Part shown: piece by piece, positions 34,200 to 48,056 of the stretch
How the letters are laid out: every line of letters begins with the position of its first letter
Position numbering within the stretch: position 1 is the first letter of the stretch
Origin: Tubiluchus corallicola
Taxonomy: Eukaryota > Animalia > Priapulida
Reading direction: 5' to 3'
Assembly: GCA_030141605.1 (NCBI GenBank)
Contig: JAQGDQ010001089.1
Coordinates: 1-58,460, forward strand
Length of the DNA: 58,460 bases
The notes under the pieces: model-generated
The model's input: only the letters and a program-made list of their open reading frames with translations
What the model was told of the DNA's origin: nothing
The model's database searches: none
Program-made: the position numbers and the translations under genes

Positions 34200-34406
34200 T
34201 GTGCTAATATGGTTTTGCCGTAAAATATTAACAAAAACCTTTAACACGCCGCCATGAAGATAAAAGAAACGCTTAAATGTGGGGAATCTTCATTTTCTCT
34301 GTGTCTCACGCAACTTTTACGAAAAGATTTCCGCAAAACGACTACGGTGAGCAACTTGAATGGTTGAATAGGTTTGACAAAAGTTTTGAAATTTAGTGCT
34401 AGTAGC
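34200..34406. promoter_or_regulatory. Putative bidirectional promoter region SF3B3/AMACR
   Basis: Divergent gene arrangement; CpG-containing non-repetitive segment with a YY1-like CGCCGCCAT at ~34247. A similar GCCGCCATATT lies at 24000-24010 upstream of NEIL1. Confidence 0.4.
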
Positions 34407-37400
34407 ATGGCTTTAAAAGGAATCAAGGTTATTGAAATGGGTGGACTAGCCCCCGCTCCTTATTGTGGCATGGTGCTGTCTGACTTTGGAGCAAGCGTTA
34501 TTAAAGTGGATAAGGTACAGTATGAGTAATGCTACGTTGCAAGAATTGTTAATGTTAGTAATCACATAAACAGGTGATCAGCATTTGTATACGTTCACAT
34601 GGTTGTGCTCGCGGATCTGGCAAGGGGAAAGGTGTTTGGCAAATTAATTATAATAATCAATGTGTAGAAACTAAAGTTTTCTAAGGCTCCTATATCTAAT
34701 AACTAAAGGGGTGAGTGAGTAGATGACCTACGGTCTTTCCTCGCCCCATCTCCACAGACAAAGTTAGTTTTTAGTAAAACGAAAATTTGTGACACAAATT
34801 GGAGAAAAATAAAATGTCTGTTCTCTCCACATACTAACTGTTTCTGTAGGCATCAGCATGTTACATTGCCGGCGCTATTACACTTTCGCACCTCCTAGTT
34901 TTTTCTGGCCTATTGTTTGTTTTCACGCCTGCAGGCCAGAAAGCAGACCAACAGGCATAATATACACCATATTCCCATAATATTATTGGTTTATAGGCCT
35001 TACAGTTCCAGATTAAAGTCATATATTACTTACCGTCACCAACACGCAAGAAGCTCCACGTGAATAACTGTGTTTACCCCACTCATGCGCAACCGCTCTC
35101 GCGCAGTGGCATATGTGGCCCTTAACCTGTATTTTTAGTTTCTTTGCATAATTTATGATTATTATGGTTGCAGCCATGGGAGTTTGTATTGTATTAATCG
35201 CGGTATCTTCGCTGTTTCGATGGCATCAGAATAGTGGTAGTGATGATGATAACGATAAAAGTAACATTGCAATAATGGTGGTGATAATGAGTATATAAAC
35301 CTAAAATGCCATTATAGTCCTGTGTCGGTCATTATCTTTTCTTCAAAAGACTTCCCGATTTTTTTGTTTCTTCTTCACTGTATCGTCAGACCCAAGCTGG
35401 CATATACGAGGAAATTATTTTAGACGACTACAGTTATTTATCAATAATTTTATTTATTACTGTAGTATTATTAGATTATAAAAGTAAAGGTTTTTCTTGA
35501 TTTCGTAAATGCGGTTAAGATAAAAGTGTGTCACGTGCCTTTTAAGCTAAGCCCTGATAATGCATAAACTAGTACGAAATTCGTCACGTGACTACACACA
35601 CAAACATGATGGCGATACGAACTGTGAATACAACGTAATTATTGGTAATTATACACTAAATATATGAGTAAATTACCACGAGATTAGCGGAAACATTCAC
35701 TGATGACGTGAGAATAATAGAATAATGACCAACGAGCCTAGAAAAGAGTAATAACCTAGAAAAAACTAGGAGGTGCGAAAGTGTAATAGCGCCTACATCA
35801 CTAAATAGCAATGCGATTTTTGATTCAGGTGATAATCAACTGAGGCCGAAATAAATTGAAAGTGAATTAAATTTTGTGCATTTTTTGTGTTATTGCACTG
35901 CCATTTAGCAGCGTGCTTTAAATCATTTGGAAACTTTCGAAATGAAACCTGTATAAATTTTTGTAAATTTTAAAGGTTCGCGAACTCCTGAATTTGGACA
36001 GGCTCTGCCGAGGCAAACGGTCGATCGCCGTAAATCTAAAACAGCCAGAGGGGATCAATGTCGTAAAAACAATGTGTAGAGATGCTGATGTTCTTATTGA
36101 ACCTTACAGACCCGGTAAGATAAAGACAAAATAATAAAACTATTTGTGCGCTTGTATAGCAAAATTGTGCTTAAGTCGACAATTAAGCTTTTCTAGTTAT
36201 TCACATATCCTAAATCTGCATTTCATGAGGATCATTTTGATACCATGCTCATCGCTGTATGTTATTTCTAAGCTGAGATAATCCACATTAAAGCTGAGGT
36301 GCAAACTACGCACTAAAAAACATAATCTTGAGAAAATCGTTATTGAACTCAGCCATTGTTTTTTGTCACGTACAAAAGTATGGTTGCTATGGACTTTGCA
36401 AGAATGCATTGAAGTTATGTTTAAATCCTGTAGATGGCTCTTCCTGATGAAGATCTGGGCTTGGAAACAGAAAAAGCCCCGAAGCAAAATGGCTTCCTCC
36501 ATGAGTTGAAAATACAAGTTTTTCTCAATTGTAGTACTAGTGTCTAGTCAGAAAAGTGGGTACGAAAAATTAGATTTCTATCCTTTTGATACCAAGTTCA
36601 TCGCTCTATGTTATTTCTAAGCTGAGATAATCCACGTTGAAGTTGAGGTGCAGGCTACACAATGAAAAACATGACCTTGAGAAAATCACTGCTAAAGTTA
36701 GCTATTGTTTTTTGTCACACTTCTACAAAACACTCTAAAAATGTTGGTTGCTATGGACTTTGCAAGAGCAAATGGAAGCTACGTTTAAATTCAGTAGATG
36801 GCTCTTCCTGAAAAAGATCTGGTCTTTTCAACAGAAAAAAGCTGAAGCGAAATGACTGCTTCCACGAGCCACAATCGGAGTTTGAAGCAGAAGTTTTCTT
36901 ACAATTGCAGTACAAGTTTCTAGACAGAAAAGTGGATAAGGTGTTATAAAATTTGATTTTAGTATTTTTTGGACATTTACTTGAGAATTTGATGCTAGAA
37001 TATAAAATTCCAATATATTTAGCATTTGTTTTCATAAAAAATAAAAAATCGACATTTGACGAAATTTTTGGGTCATTGTACTCTGAAGCATCATAACGTA
37101 GTTTTAACTATGCCGACTTATGAATAGTTTTGGTTCGAAAGCATATATTTTATATTATCTTAAAAGATAAAAAAGCACTATTCTTAGGTAAAGCTTTAGA
37201 AAATTACACTCCTATCTTAGTTTACCGGACAAAAGCGGGGAGACGTCGGTCCGAATTTGGATGTCCGTATTTTCCGATAGTAAACTAATATAGTAGGTGC
37301 CGTGTATTAGACTCATGGTAGTAAATGTAGAATCAATTGTCTCTAAAACGTCTAATACGGGAAGCTCCTATGCAAAAGTATTTAAAAACTGTCGGCAGTT

Positions 37401-40400
37401 GACTGAAATAACTCCGCATAACTGACTTTAAACCACTTACACACGCTGATTAAACCACTAAACACGCTAATATGGAAGCTACACATGTGCTGTAAACAGA
37501 GTGACTGCCCGCCAACTAGTCGTCAGCTAGTGAAATAAGGTTGTTTGTGTCCGTAGTGTGCGGGACTTTTTAATGGGCCGGATTTTGTAAGAATTTTCCG
37601 ATATCTGTAAAAGCAAGGTCCTGCAAACCGATATATGAGTGAAGTTTTTGAAATTTTGCATCACTTACATTCTGTCTTATTGCATACAGAACTTGCATTG
37701 GCAGTAACGCCGTATAAAACTTGTAAATTTAAACTCCGAGTCAGTGATGCACAGTAGGATAGCAAAATTGTGACGTTTTGCCACGAGATACAAACATTTT
37801 AAGTTTGTAAAAAAAGGGCGGATTTTGAAGGATAATTTGATACTTTGAAGGGGGAGAAGCACTGAAAGTTCGTGGTTCCTAAATTACCCTTTCTTTAGTA
37901 ACCAAAGCCGAAAAGCGCGAATAAGAAAGAGAAATGCATTTATAAGCAGAAAACCGTACTTACTTGTGCTTTAAATTGCTAAAAAAAGGAGAAATAGTTA
38001 GCTAAAATGCTAACATATATATTTTACAATATTTACAAACACAGTAACATTAATAACAGTGCAGCAAACAAACAAATAAACAAACAAATTAATATGAGCA
38101 TAAACATTTATAAAAACTATGCATAAGCCGTCTAATGGGGGTAATGTTCTGTGTGCTCTAAGACACAGTATCTAGACATTACCAATGATTTAGTTTGACA
38201 GAAGGCTTTTATAACATACAATATTCATAATATCTAAAAATATGCCATGCAAGGTCAAAACTACCTATGACTGCGGCTTCAACATGTTTAAATCACAACT
38301 GTATGATACTTGATAGTTATTGACAACTTTCTCTTTCAGTTATAAAAAAAATTCAAATGGGTAAGCTTAAAGCTAAGTAAAATAACTTTGTATGGAAAGT
38401 CATTTGCGACAAACTTAAAAATTGTCTTCTCTTCCCCTTTAATTTGCGTTGTTTATTTATTACAGGTGTTATGGAGAAGCTTGGACTCGGTCCACAGGTT
38501 TTGATGAAGGATAATCCGAGGTTAATTTATGCACGACTGACCGGCTACGGTCAGAGCGGACCACTGTGGAAGCAAGCCGGACACGACATCAACTATCTGG
38601 CCATATCAGGTAGATTTCATAATTCGATTTGATTTTGTCATCAGTTTGAGATCGAGTTCAAGTACTGGCATGCCGAGAAAGAATAATAACATTTGTACGC
38701 TTGCTTAACAAAAAACATCCGTAAGTCAACAATTAGGCTTTTCTAGTTATTCACTTATCTGAGTCTTCACTTCCTGACTCTATCCGAGCTATCTGCTATT
38801 GTTGTGGAGATCCATTAGAATTAAATGGAAAATTGTAGAAGCAATCGTAGATTCTAGAACTTTCTATACACGATGTGCATAGTAGTTTCTAGATTATAAT
38901 CAATAATAATCTTTTTTCTACAAAAGTATTTAAAAATCGCATAAGAAAGCTTGGTTGCTATGGACTCTGCTAGAGCACATTGAAGTTATGTTTAAATCAC
39001 AAAAAACCCTCAACTTACACAAAGCTTAAAAAATTCGTGTTGAAATTTTATACCACTTTCAAACTGCCTTTTTGCATATTAGACTTGCGTCGGCAGTAAC
39101 GCTGTATAAAACATGTAAATTTAGACTCCTGCGATGACCGTCAGACGCAGCCATTTTGACGACAGGTCATTTGAAACAAGTTTAGATAACACGGAGTAAA
39201 GTTTGAAAAAATAATCAGAGCATTCGTATCGTACATGCCACTAAGTAAGTCAAATTTTAAATTACTGTATCTTGTCAATAAGTTTAAAAATATGTTTTTG
39301 GTTAGTGAGTGGTGCATCCTGGTGAGTCAGCGAGATATGACCAACTGGTCAAAGCATTTTAAATAATTAATAATTTTCTTTTCTAGTTACATAAGTCTTT
39401 CAAGTAGATAAGCAAAATGCTAAATAACATTGATTTGCAGGAAAGATTTTTTGGACATAGTTTAACATTTGCTTTTCTTCCCCTGATTTTCGTTGTGCAT
39501 ATATGACGTCAAGTAATGGAGCCGTCGGAACAGCATTTCCGGAGATTTAAAATGAAAACAAACAAAAAATCCTTTCAAGCAAGTATGACATATGCATAAA
39601 ATCGATATAAAGTAATATAATATTTCTGAAACCAACTTCAGGTTCCCCTTTTTTCTCTTTTAAATCCAATAGATGGCTCTTCCAAATGAGGTTCTGAGTT
39701 TGGCAACAGAGGAAATGTTTTGTGACATACGTTAGTGTTGTTTATCGATACTAAATTTGTTGGTACTTGTATACATAAACTATAGCAAATGGTTGGCATC
39801 GTTATCATATTTTGCCATTCAAAACACAGACTAAAGACAAATGTTTCTCTTCCTGTCTTATCTGAGCATGAAAAGAAGTTTGCAATGATAAATGTCAAGC
39901 TATTTTGAACCCCCATGTGAGCAATACCTATTACTCATTTAATTTATGACATTTATTAGTAGGTAAATAAATAAATAAACAAACTAGTAAAATTTAATAA
40001 AGATGTTATTTACAGTCATAGTTTTATTAAAATATGTTATCTATGGTCGCAATTTCTGTTTTACCTGTAATCAGTTCCGGCTCGTAGCTAAGCACAAAAT
40101 TAGTTGGGGTGCTGCTTCGGAAAATTTTTAACTAATGTTTTAATACTGTGTAAAAGGAAACAAACGCATGTTGTAATTGTAATTATAAGCAAACAAACGT
40201 ATGTAATTTTAATGTTGTAATTGTAATTTTAAAGGAAAACCGGATGATTGTGTAAATACGAGTGCAGAACAAAGAATGCTCTAAAAAATTGAAAGCTACA
40301 ATAGCTTATTGTAAATCAAAGCTTAGATTAAATAATAATTACCTCAGATGCTCAAATTTCGTTAAACTTTCAAAGCTACGCGCAGTGAATCTACTAAGAT

Positions 40401-43400
40401 TGGCAGCGGCGCCTTTTTGTGACATTCGCGTGGCCGACAAATAGAAGACGGTACCGTGATAAGCATGATCATGAACTGCAGTGTTAGTTTCTGACGTGAT
40501 ATAGCATAGAGCCAATTTTTCGTGACATCATGCATTTAAGCAGTACTGTAACACTTATGAAAATGTGCTTAATGCGCAAGGGAAGACGCCTGCCATTGCA
40601 CAAACTGTGGTTAGTTTCTGACGTAAGCAGTAGTTTTGTTCGGTTGCCGTTAATTAACTTTCTAAGCTAATTATTCAAATATAAGGAACAATTGTTAACT
40701 TTTATAGGCAAGAAAATGTAAATTAAAATGAGATCGAGTCTAAACAATCGTCCGGTTTTCTTTTAAACAAACAAACGTACAAAAGTTTATACATGAACTT
40801 GATAAAATCCTAAACAGAAAATATTTTTTGCTTACTAATAACCTAAATTGTCAAGTTCAAGGTTGATCCATTCAAGGTAGACACGTGACAACAAACTGTG
40901 TGAGCAACAGTGCTTTTTCTACCTGGGCTCAGACAGTGAAAATAGGGAGTCCTGTTGTTGCGCAGTACCTATACACTGCCTGTAATTATCAAGCATCTAT
41001 TGTTTACATTTTTAGGTGTCTTATCCATGCTGGGAAGAAAGCACGAAAAGCCGTATGCTCCTTTGAACTTATTAGCTGACTTCGCTGGTGGTGGTCTCAT
41101 CTGTGCTTTTGGGATTGTTACTGCATTGCTAGAACGCGAGCGGTCAGGGCTGGGACAAGTGATAGACACAAGCATGGTATGACAAGTGATTATAGAACTT
41201 GAGCGATTGCATTGTTACTGCATTGCTAGAACGCGAGCGGTCAGGGCGGGGACAAGTGATAGTGCATTGTTACTGCATTGCTAGAACGCGAGCGGTCAGG
41301 GCGGGGAAAAATGATAGACACAAGCATGGTATGACAAGTGATTATAGAACTCGTGCGATTACGTTGTTACTGCATTGCTAGAACGCGAGCGGTCAGGGCT
41401 GGGACAAGTGATAGACACAAGCATGGTATGACGAGTGATTATAGAACTCGTGCGATTGCGTTGTTACTGCATTGCTAGAACGCGAGCGGTCAGGGCTCTG
41501 GGACAAGTGATAGACACAAGCATGGTATGACGAGTGATTATAGAACTCGTGCGATTGCGTTGTTACTGCATTGCTAGAACGCGAGCGGTCAGGGCTGGGA
41601 CAAGTGATAGACACAAGCATGGTATGACAAGTGATTATAGAACTTGAGCGATTGCATTGTTACTGCATTGCTAGAACGCGAGCGGTCAGGGCGGGGACAA
41701 GTGATAGACACAAGCATGGTATGACAAGTGATTATAGAACTCGAGCGATTGCTTTGTTACTGCATTGCTAGAACGCGAGCGGTCAGGGCGGGGACAAATG
41801 ATAGACACAAGCATGGTATGACAAGTGATTATAGAACTCGAGCGATTGCATTGTTACTGCATTGCTAGAATGCGAGCGGTCAGGGCGGGGACAAGTGATA
41901 GACACAAGCATGGTATGACAAGTGATTATAGAACTTGAGCGATTGCATTGTTACTGCATTGCTAGAACGCGAGCGGTCAGGACGGGGACAAGTGATAGAC
42001 ACAAGCATGGTATGACAAGTGATTATAGAACTTGAGCGATTGCATTGTTACTGCATTGCTAGAACATTGATTTTTTGCTGGCAGTTTTTGATGTCTTATG
42101 CCTAGTCCAGACAGTCCTTCAAAACAATGACTGACATCCAAAACACTGGACTCTGTCCACACAATCAGTTTTCACTGGCAATTTTTGATGTCTTATGCCT
42201 AGTCCACACTGTCCATCAAAAGATTAACATTCAAAAGAATGACATTCAAGACACTGGGCTTTGTCCACACGATCGGTTTTAACTGACAGTTAAGAAAAAC
42301 TTGAGTAATTAGAAACAAGACAGTAAACAAATAAGAAAAGAACGAAGGCACCAAAATATAATTATGGGTGTTAAAGCAAAACCGGACCCAATCTTAAACT
42401 GTAACTCAAAGCAGTCTGCTGAATAAAGCATGCTGTTTTTTCAAAAAATGACTTACGTGAAAGAATTCTTACCACATAAACACAATTTCATGTTCGTGTC
42501 ACTAGTTCTTCGTTGTTACATGCATTTCCCCATTTGCTAGTCTGACAGGCACTAGCGCCCGCATTTTGAAAAGCTTTGCACAAAAACAGGTGCTGTACTT
42601 CTCAGTTCAGATGTGCTAGTTTGTGACGATCTAGACACGTTCGGCAGCTCATGTGTGAGCACAGAGATAAATTTGAAATTTGAATTTTTATCTTAAAAAT
42701 GTCTTATCTGTAGTTTAATACAACACACTGAATATCTTACAGTAGCACTGTACTTCAATTTTTGGTTTCGCTAGTGGGACATTTTAGCTGTTGAAAATTA
42801 TGTTAATTTGTGATGTCTTCAATAGTTGGGCTTGCCCACCGTTAATTAAGTTTTTAATCTACTGTTTAATTATCAGAAATGCTTTTGCTGTATTAATTGT
42901 GTGCTGTATTAAATTTGATTTGACTTGAAAATGGGATATCAATGGGAAAATGAAAAATCATCTTGTCTTCCTTTAACTGTAACAAAATTTTCCTTGTTTT
43001 TAGACAGAAGGGGCAGCCTATGTGAGCACTTTTCGTTGGAAGACTGATGAGACGTATATTTGGGGCAATGAGCGAGGTGAAAATTGGTTAGATGGCGCTG
43101 CTCACTTCTACGACACATATAAGACGCGGGATGGCAAATACATGGCTGTCGGTGCCATAGAACCTCAGTTTTACCAGCTGCTGTTGCAGGGTTAGTGTCT
43201 TTCACCCATGATAAATTAACGTAGCACATTAATCCAAGCTTATCATCTACAATTACAAGGTTTGTGTATTTTATAAAGGTATGACAGACAGGAGTATAGA
43301 ACTGCAGTCTTATCATCTTCTATTACAAGGGTTAGTGTCTTTGCATGTGGTAAAGGTATGGCTGTTAGTCCCATAGAACCACAGTTTTGCCAGCTGCTCT

Positions 43401-44673
43401 TACAACTTTAGTGCCTTTACAGATGGTAAAGATATGGCTGTTAGTCCCATAGAACCACAGTTTTGCCAGCTGCTGTTACAGCTTTACTGCCATTACACAT
43501 GGTAAAGATATGGCTGTTAAGTCCCGTAGAACCACAGTTTTACCAGGTGCTGTTACAGTTTTATTGCCTTTACACATGGTAAAGATATGGCTGCTAGTCC
43601 CATAGAACCACAGTTTTACCAGGTGCTGTTACAGCTTTATTGCCTTTACACATGGTAAAGATATGGCTGCTAGTCCCATAGAACCACAGTTTTACCAGAT
43701 GCTGTTACAGCTTGTGACTTGTACACTGAACGTATTTTAAGTCATATTGGATTTTGTGCTATGTTGGCTCACAGCCAAAAGCTAATGGGAGGGGGGTGTC
43801 AACTTAGTTTAAGTAATTGTGGAGGGACAAGAACCTAACTAATAATCCTCTATGATGAGATACTGAACAGTAAATGTGCCTTAACCATGTTAGTGGATAT
43901 ACTCCCTCCCCTCCCCAAGTGAGACGAGGGAACGGTTAACCTCATTTCCTGTAGTCTATTTTTGATATCATGTGGCACATGTAACTCTGCAAAATTGTTT
44001 TTCTTATGGCCGCCCCTCCACTTGCTGTGTAGGCTCAGCATTGCTTACCTTTCTTAGGTAAGCACACGCTGAGGAACATATTACCCAAAGGAAAAAATGC
44101 CATGCCGATTTTCTCAGCTTGATATTGGTAATCTATCTGATGGAGGAAAATGTGTAATCTTTGCAAAATGTCTGATCATTCGGTTTTTGAGAAGTTCAAT
44201 ATTTGATATTGAACGTCTGCGACTCCCTAAGGATCATTCTGGATTCTTCCTGTTTTTCTATTCGATGTTATTTTGCAGGTCTGGGATTAGAAAATGCCGA
44301 CGACGCCCCCACTCAAGCACCGGAAGACTTCGAAACGGGCAGGGCCAAGTTTGCAGAGATATTTGCTCAGAAAACGCAGGACGAATGGTGTAAGATTTTC
44401 GACCACGTTGACGCCTGCGTGACCCCGGTTGTGGATCATCGCAGCGCACCGCACTACCCGCACAACGCGAGCAGGGGGTCTTTCATCGACAGAAGCGAGC
44501 CGGCCGCCGCACCGCGGTTGTTGCGGACACCGGCTGTGGTGCAAACGAGACTTCCGGCACCGGGAGAGCACACCAAACAGGTACTACGGGAACTGGGTTA
44601 CACGACGACGCAAATACAAAGGTTGATAGAACTAGACGCCGTCGAAGCCAGCGATTTACAGTCAAAACTGTGA
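34407..44673 (+). CDS. AMACR: Alpha-methylacyl-CoA racemase (CaiB/BaiF family III CoA-transferase fold), 377 aa; exons 34407-34514, 35976-36114, 38466-38609, 41016-41176, 43004-43190, 44279-44673
   Basis: [59 protein letters not shown], catalytic GHDINY and [34 protein letters not shown]-terminal peroxisomal signal SKL*. GT-AG introns give 1134 nt in frame. Confidence 0.97.
34871..35793. mobile_element. MITE with perfect 36-bp terminal inverted repeats in AMACR intron 1
   Basis: GGCGCTATTACACTTTCGCACCTCCTAGTTTTTTCT (34871-34906) and its exact reverse complement at 35758-35793. Confidence 0.75.
40233..40762 (+). mobile_element. Kolobok-like MITE family A, copy 2
   Basis: TTAA|AGGAAAACCGGATGATTG ... 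CAATCGTCCGGTTTTCTT|TTAA, with an intact TTAA target-site duplication. Confidence 0.85.
41114..42065. repeat. ~97-bp tandem array (~10 copies) of the AMACR exon 4 end plus its 5' splice site
   Basis: Unit ATTGTTACTGCATTGCTAGAACGCGAGCGGTCAGGGCTGGGACAAGTGATAGACACAAGCATG|GTATGACAAGTGATTATAGAACTTGAGCGATTGC. Confidence 0.93.
42375..42972 (+). mobile_element. Kolobok-like MITE family B
   Basis: TTAA|AGCAAAACCGGACCCAATCTT ... ATCATCTTGTCTTCCT|TTAA; interior homologous to 1650-2268, 14816-15403 (reverse) and 56002-56880 (reverse). Confidence 0.8.
43345..43712. repeat. ~75-bp tandem array (5 copies) derived from the AMACR exon 5 end
   Basis: ATGGTAAAGATATGGCTG..GTCCCATAGAACCACAGTTTTACCAG.TGCTGTTACAG aligns to exon sequence GATGGCAAATACATGGCTGTCGGTGCCATAGAACCTCAGTTTTACCAGCTGCTGTTGCAG. 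Confidence 0.88.
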
Positions 44674-46364
44674 ATAAAACTGGCTTCCTTTGAGGAACTT
44701 TTCTTGAGTTTTTTTTCTTTGCAGATGTGATACAGTTTAGAAGCAGCAGGTGCAAAATAATTGAAGTTGCTGTTTTCTCAATGTGCAATTTTGGTGTCGG
44801 TTTTTTTAATGTTCGATTATCGATTTCAGTTACCTAGTTACCTCCATTTCAATTACCTAGTCTTTCAGTTACAAGACCATTTACTTGAGCTGAGAACTTA
44901 TGAAAAGAAATCTTGAAAGCTGCAGGGGAAATTACGTTTAGCTGGTACAGGATGGACCAAAAATCACCATTTTACATTTTCTGCCATGCATTGTGTGGTT
45001 TTTGTTAGTCCGCATCCACATGAAATATGTAAAGCAAAAACTAGTAATTTGCCATTTCTTGAATTTGTATTCATGTTAAACTAATTAAAAGAAGTAATTA
45101 GAAAATCTCTTTAATTATTGATTGTTAATTATTGTTAATTGTAAAGCTTTTTTGTCATTTTTCATCTTGTCATGTGATCAGAAACACTGATTGAAGTTAA
45201 CTGCTTCTGGACTTCATCATTCAAAACAAGTCTTATAAGACTTATGCCTCTCTTACTACTGTGTGAGAACAGACATACATAAATGATTACAAAATTAGGT
45301 ACTGTTCCATTCAGGTGACTATGGGCTATCCAATCATGCTATTTGTTTAAACATTTATAAGTGATTTTTTTGGATAAAATTGAGATAAACAGCCTTTTTC
45401 AGGTACTGCAATTTAGCTTATCGAGTAGCTTAGTCTGGTGTACACTTGCGTGATCGTACACACTATTTTATTGATCACCTGCTTGCTACAGCCCAAGCAG
45501 TTCAGTTTTCTGCTGCTATTCCAGGAAAACAACCGATCAGTCAGGAAGAAATTAAGGTCGTTTCATCGTTTAACAGGAATTTCTCCTTAAAAATAGAGTA
45601 GACTTGAAGCCAAAGTGTATATGAGTGTTGTGTCTGCATAGTTGAAATTTTCTGCATTAGCTGATTTCACACAAGTCTTACTGGACGTTCTTACAGTGCA
45701 AACACTGCAGTTACTGAAAGCTTTTTTAATTTTTTAGTCAAAAATCGATTTTTAATTTTTCTAAGGTAAGCAAATGCATTTCATATATAATTTTGCATGA
45801 AAATCCACTGTGTGAGGAGTAGAAACCTACAAAAATTTTCAAATATAACATAATCGCTGCTTAGTGAGAGCAGTTTTTCATGAATCCATGCAAACTTATG
45901 GTCCGTGTATGAGTGTTAAGCAGTTTAATGCTTGCAGTGCTAAATTACATTCTCTAATACTGATGATAATGGTGAAAATGATGGCAGCAATCCTGACGAT
46001 GGCGACAGTCATGCCAACTACGATGGCAGTTAAATTATGATTGTGTCTTATCAATGAGCTCTTTAATTTTGTTACTACACTGTGTTTCGTAAGGCATTTT
46101 GTTCCCGGAGTGATTTAAGACCGGGGTCATTTAAATTCATCACGTTCTAACATGACAGATTTCTTTGTCATGTATGTAATTGGTCCCTGTAAACGTTTGT
46201 AGATATTTGATTTGTGTCTGTGGCTAAAAGACACTTTGTTGACTGTGATATTGCTATGATAATAATGGTGATTGTTAAAGTTTTTAATAAAGTGTCGTAA
46301 TGACTAGAAATTATATTACAGATTTGCTTGTTTGCAAAGTTTTCTTGAAAGTGTTGTTTTGCAA

Positions 46365-48056
46365 CTAGCTGTATTTTCTGCTCGTAGCTGGAACCAAATC
46401 ATGCACATATTTGGTCATAAATAGCTGCATTTTCTGCTTATAGTTGGGGCCAAAATCATGCTCATATCTGGTCGTAAATAGATGCATTTTCTGCTTATAG
46501 CTGGAGCCAAAATCATGCTCATATTTGGTTCTAAATAGCTGCATTTTCTGCTTATAGCTGGGACCAAAATCATGCTCATGTCTGGTCGTAAATAGATGCA
46601 TTTTCTGCTTATAGTTGGGGCCAAAATCATGCTCATATCTGGTCGTAAATAGATGCATTTTCTGCTTATAGCTGGAGCCAAAATTATGCTCATATTTGGT
46701 TATAAATAGCTGCATTTTCTGCTTATAGCTGGGACCAAAATCATGCTCATATCGGTCGTAAATAGATGCATTTTCTGCTTATAGCTGGGACCAAAATCAT
46801 GCTCATGTCTGGTCGTAAATAGATGCATTTTCTGCTTATAGTTGGGGCCAAAATCATGCTCATATCTGGTCGTAAATAGATGCATTTTCTGCTTATAGCT
46901 GGAGCCAAAATCATGCTCATATTTGGTTATAAATAGCTGTATTTTCTGCTTATAGCTGGGACCAAAATCATGCTCATATCTGGTCGTAAATAGCTGTATT
47001 TTCTGCTTATAGCTGGGACCAAAATCATGCTCATATCTGGTCGTAAATAGATGCATTTTCTGCTTATAGTTGGGGCCAAAATCATGCTCATATCTGGTCG
47101 TAAATAGCTGCATTTTCTGCTTATAGCTGGGACCAAAATCATGCTCATGTCTGGTCGTAAATAGACGCATTTTCTGCTTATAGTTGGGGCCAAAATCATG
47201 CTCATATCTGGTCGTAAATAGATGCATTTTCTGCTTATAGCTGGAGCCAAAATTATGCTCATATTTGGTTATAAATAGCTGCATTTTCTGCTTATAGCTG
47301 GGACCAAAATCATGCTCATGTCTGGTCGTAAATAGATGCATTTTCTGCTTATATCTGGAGCCAAAATCATGCTCATATCGGTCGTAAATAGCTGCATTTT
47401 CTGCTTATAGCTGGGACCAAAATCATGCTCATGTCTGGTCGTAAATAGATGCATTTTCTGCTTATAGTTGGGGCCAAAATCATGCTCATATCTGGTCGTA
47501 AATAGATGCATTTTCTGCTTATAGCTGGAGCCAAAATCATGCTCATATTTGGTTATAAATAGCTGTATTTTCTGCTTATAGCTGGGACCAAAATCATGCT
47601 CATATCTGGTCGTAAATAGCTGTATTTTCTGCTTATAGCTGGGACCAAAATCATGCTCATATCTGGTCGTAAATAGATGCATTTTCTGCTTATAGTTGGG
47701 GCCAAAATCATGCTCATATCTGGTCGTAAATAGCTGCATTTTCTGCTTATAGCTGGGACCAAAATCATGCTCATGTCTGGTCGTAAATAGACGCATTTTC
47801 TGCTTATAGTTGGGGCCAAAATCATGCTCATATCTGGTCGTAAATAGATGCATTTTCTGCTTATAGCTGGAGCCAAAATCATGCTCATATTTGGTTATAA
47901 ATAGCTGTATTTTCTGCTTATAGCTGGGACCAAAATCATGCTCATATCTGGTCGTAAATAGATGCATTTTCTGCTCATGACTGGAGCCAAAATCATGCTC
48001 ATATCTGGTCGTAAATAGATGCATTTTCTGCTCATAGCTGGAGCCAAAATCATGCA
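46365..48056. repeat. 57-bp minisatellite, ~30 copies
   Basis: Unit GCATTTTCTGCTTATAGCTGGGACCAAAATCATGCTCATATCTGGTCGTAAATAGAT. Confidence 0.95.
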
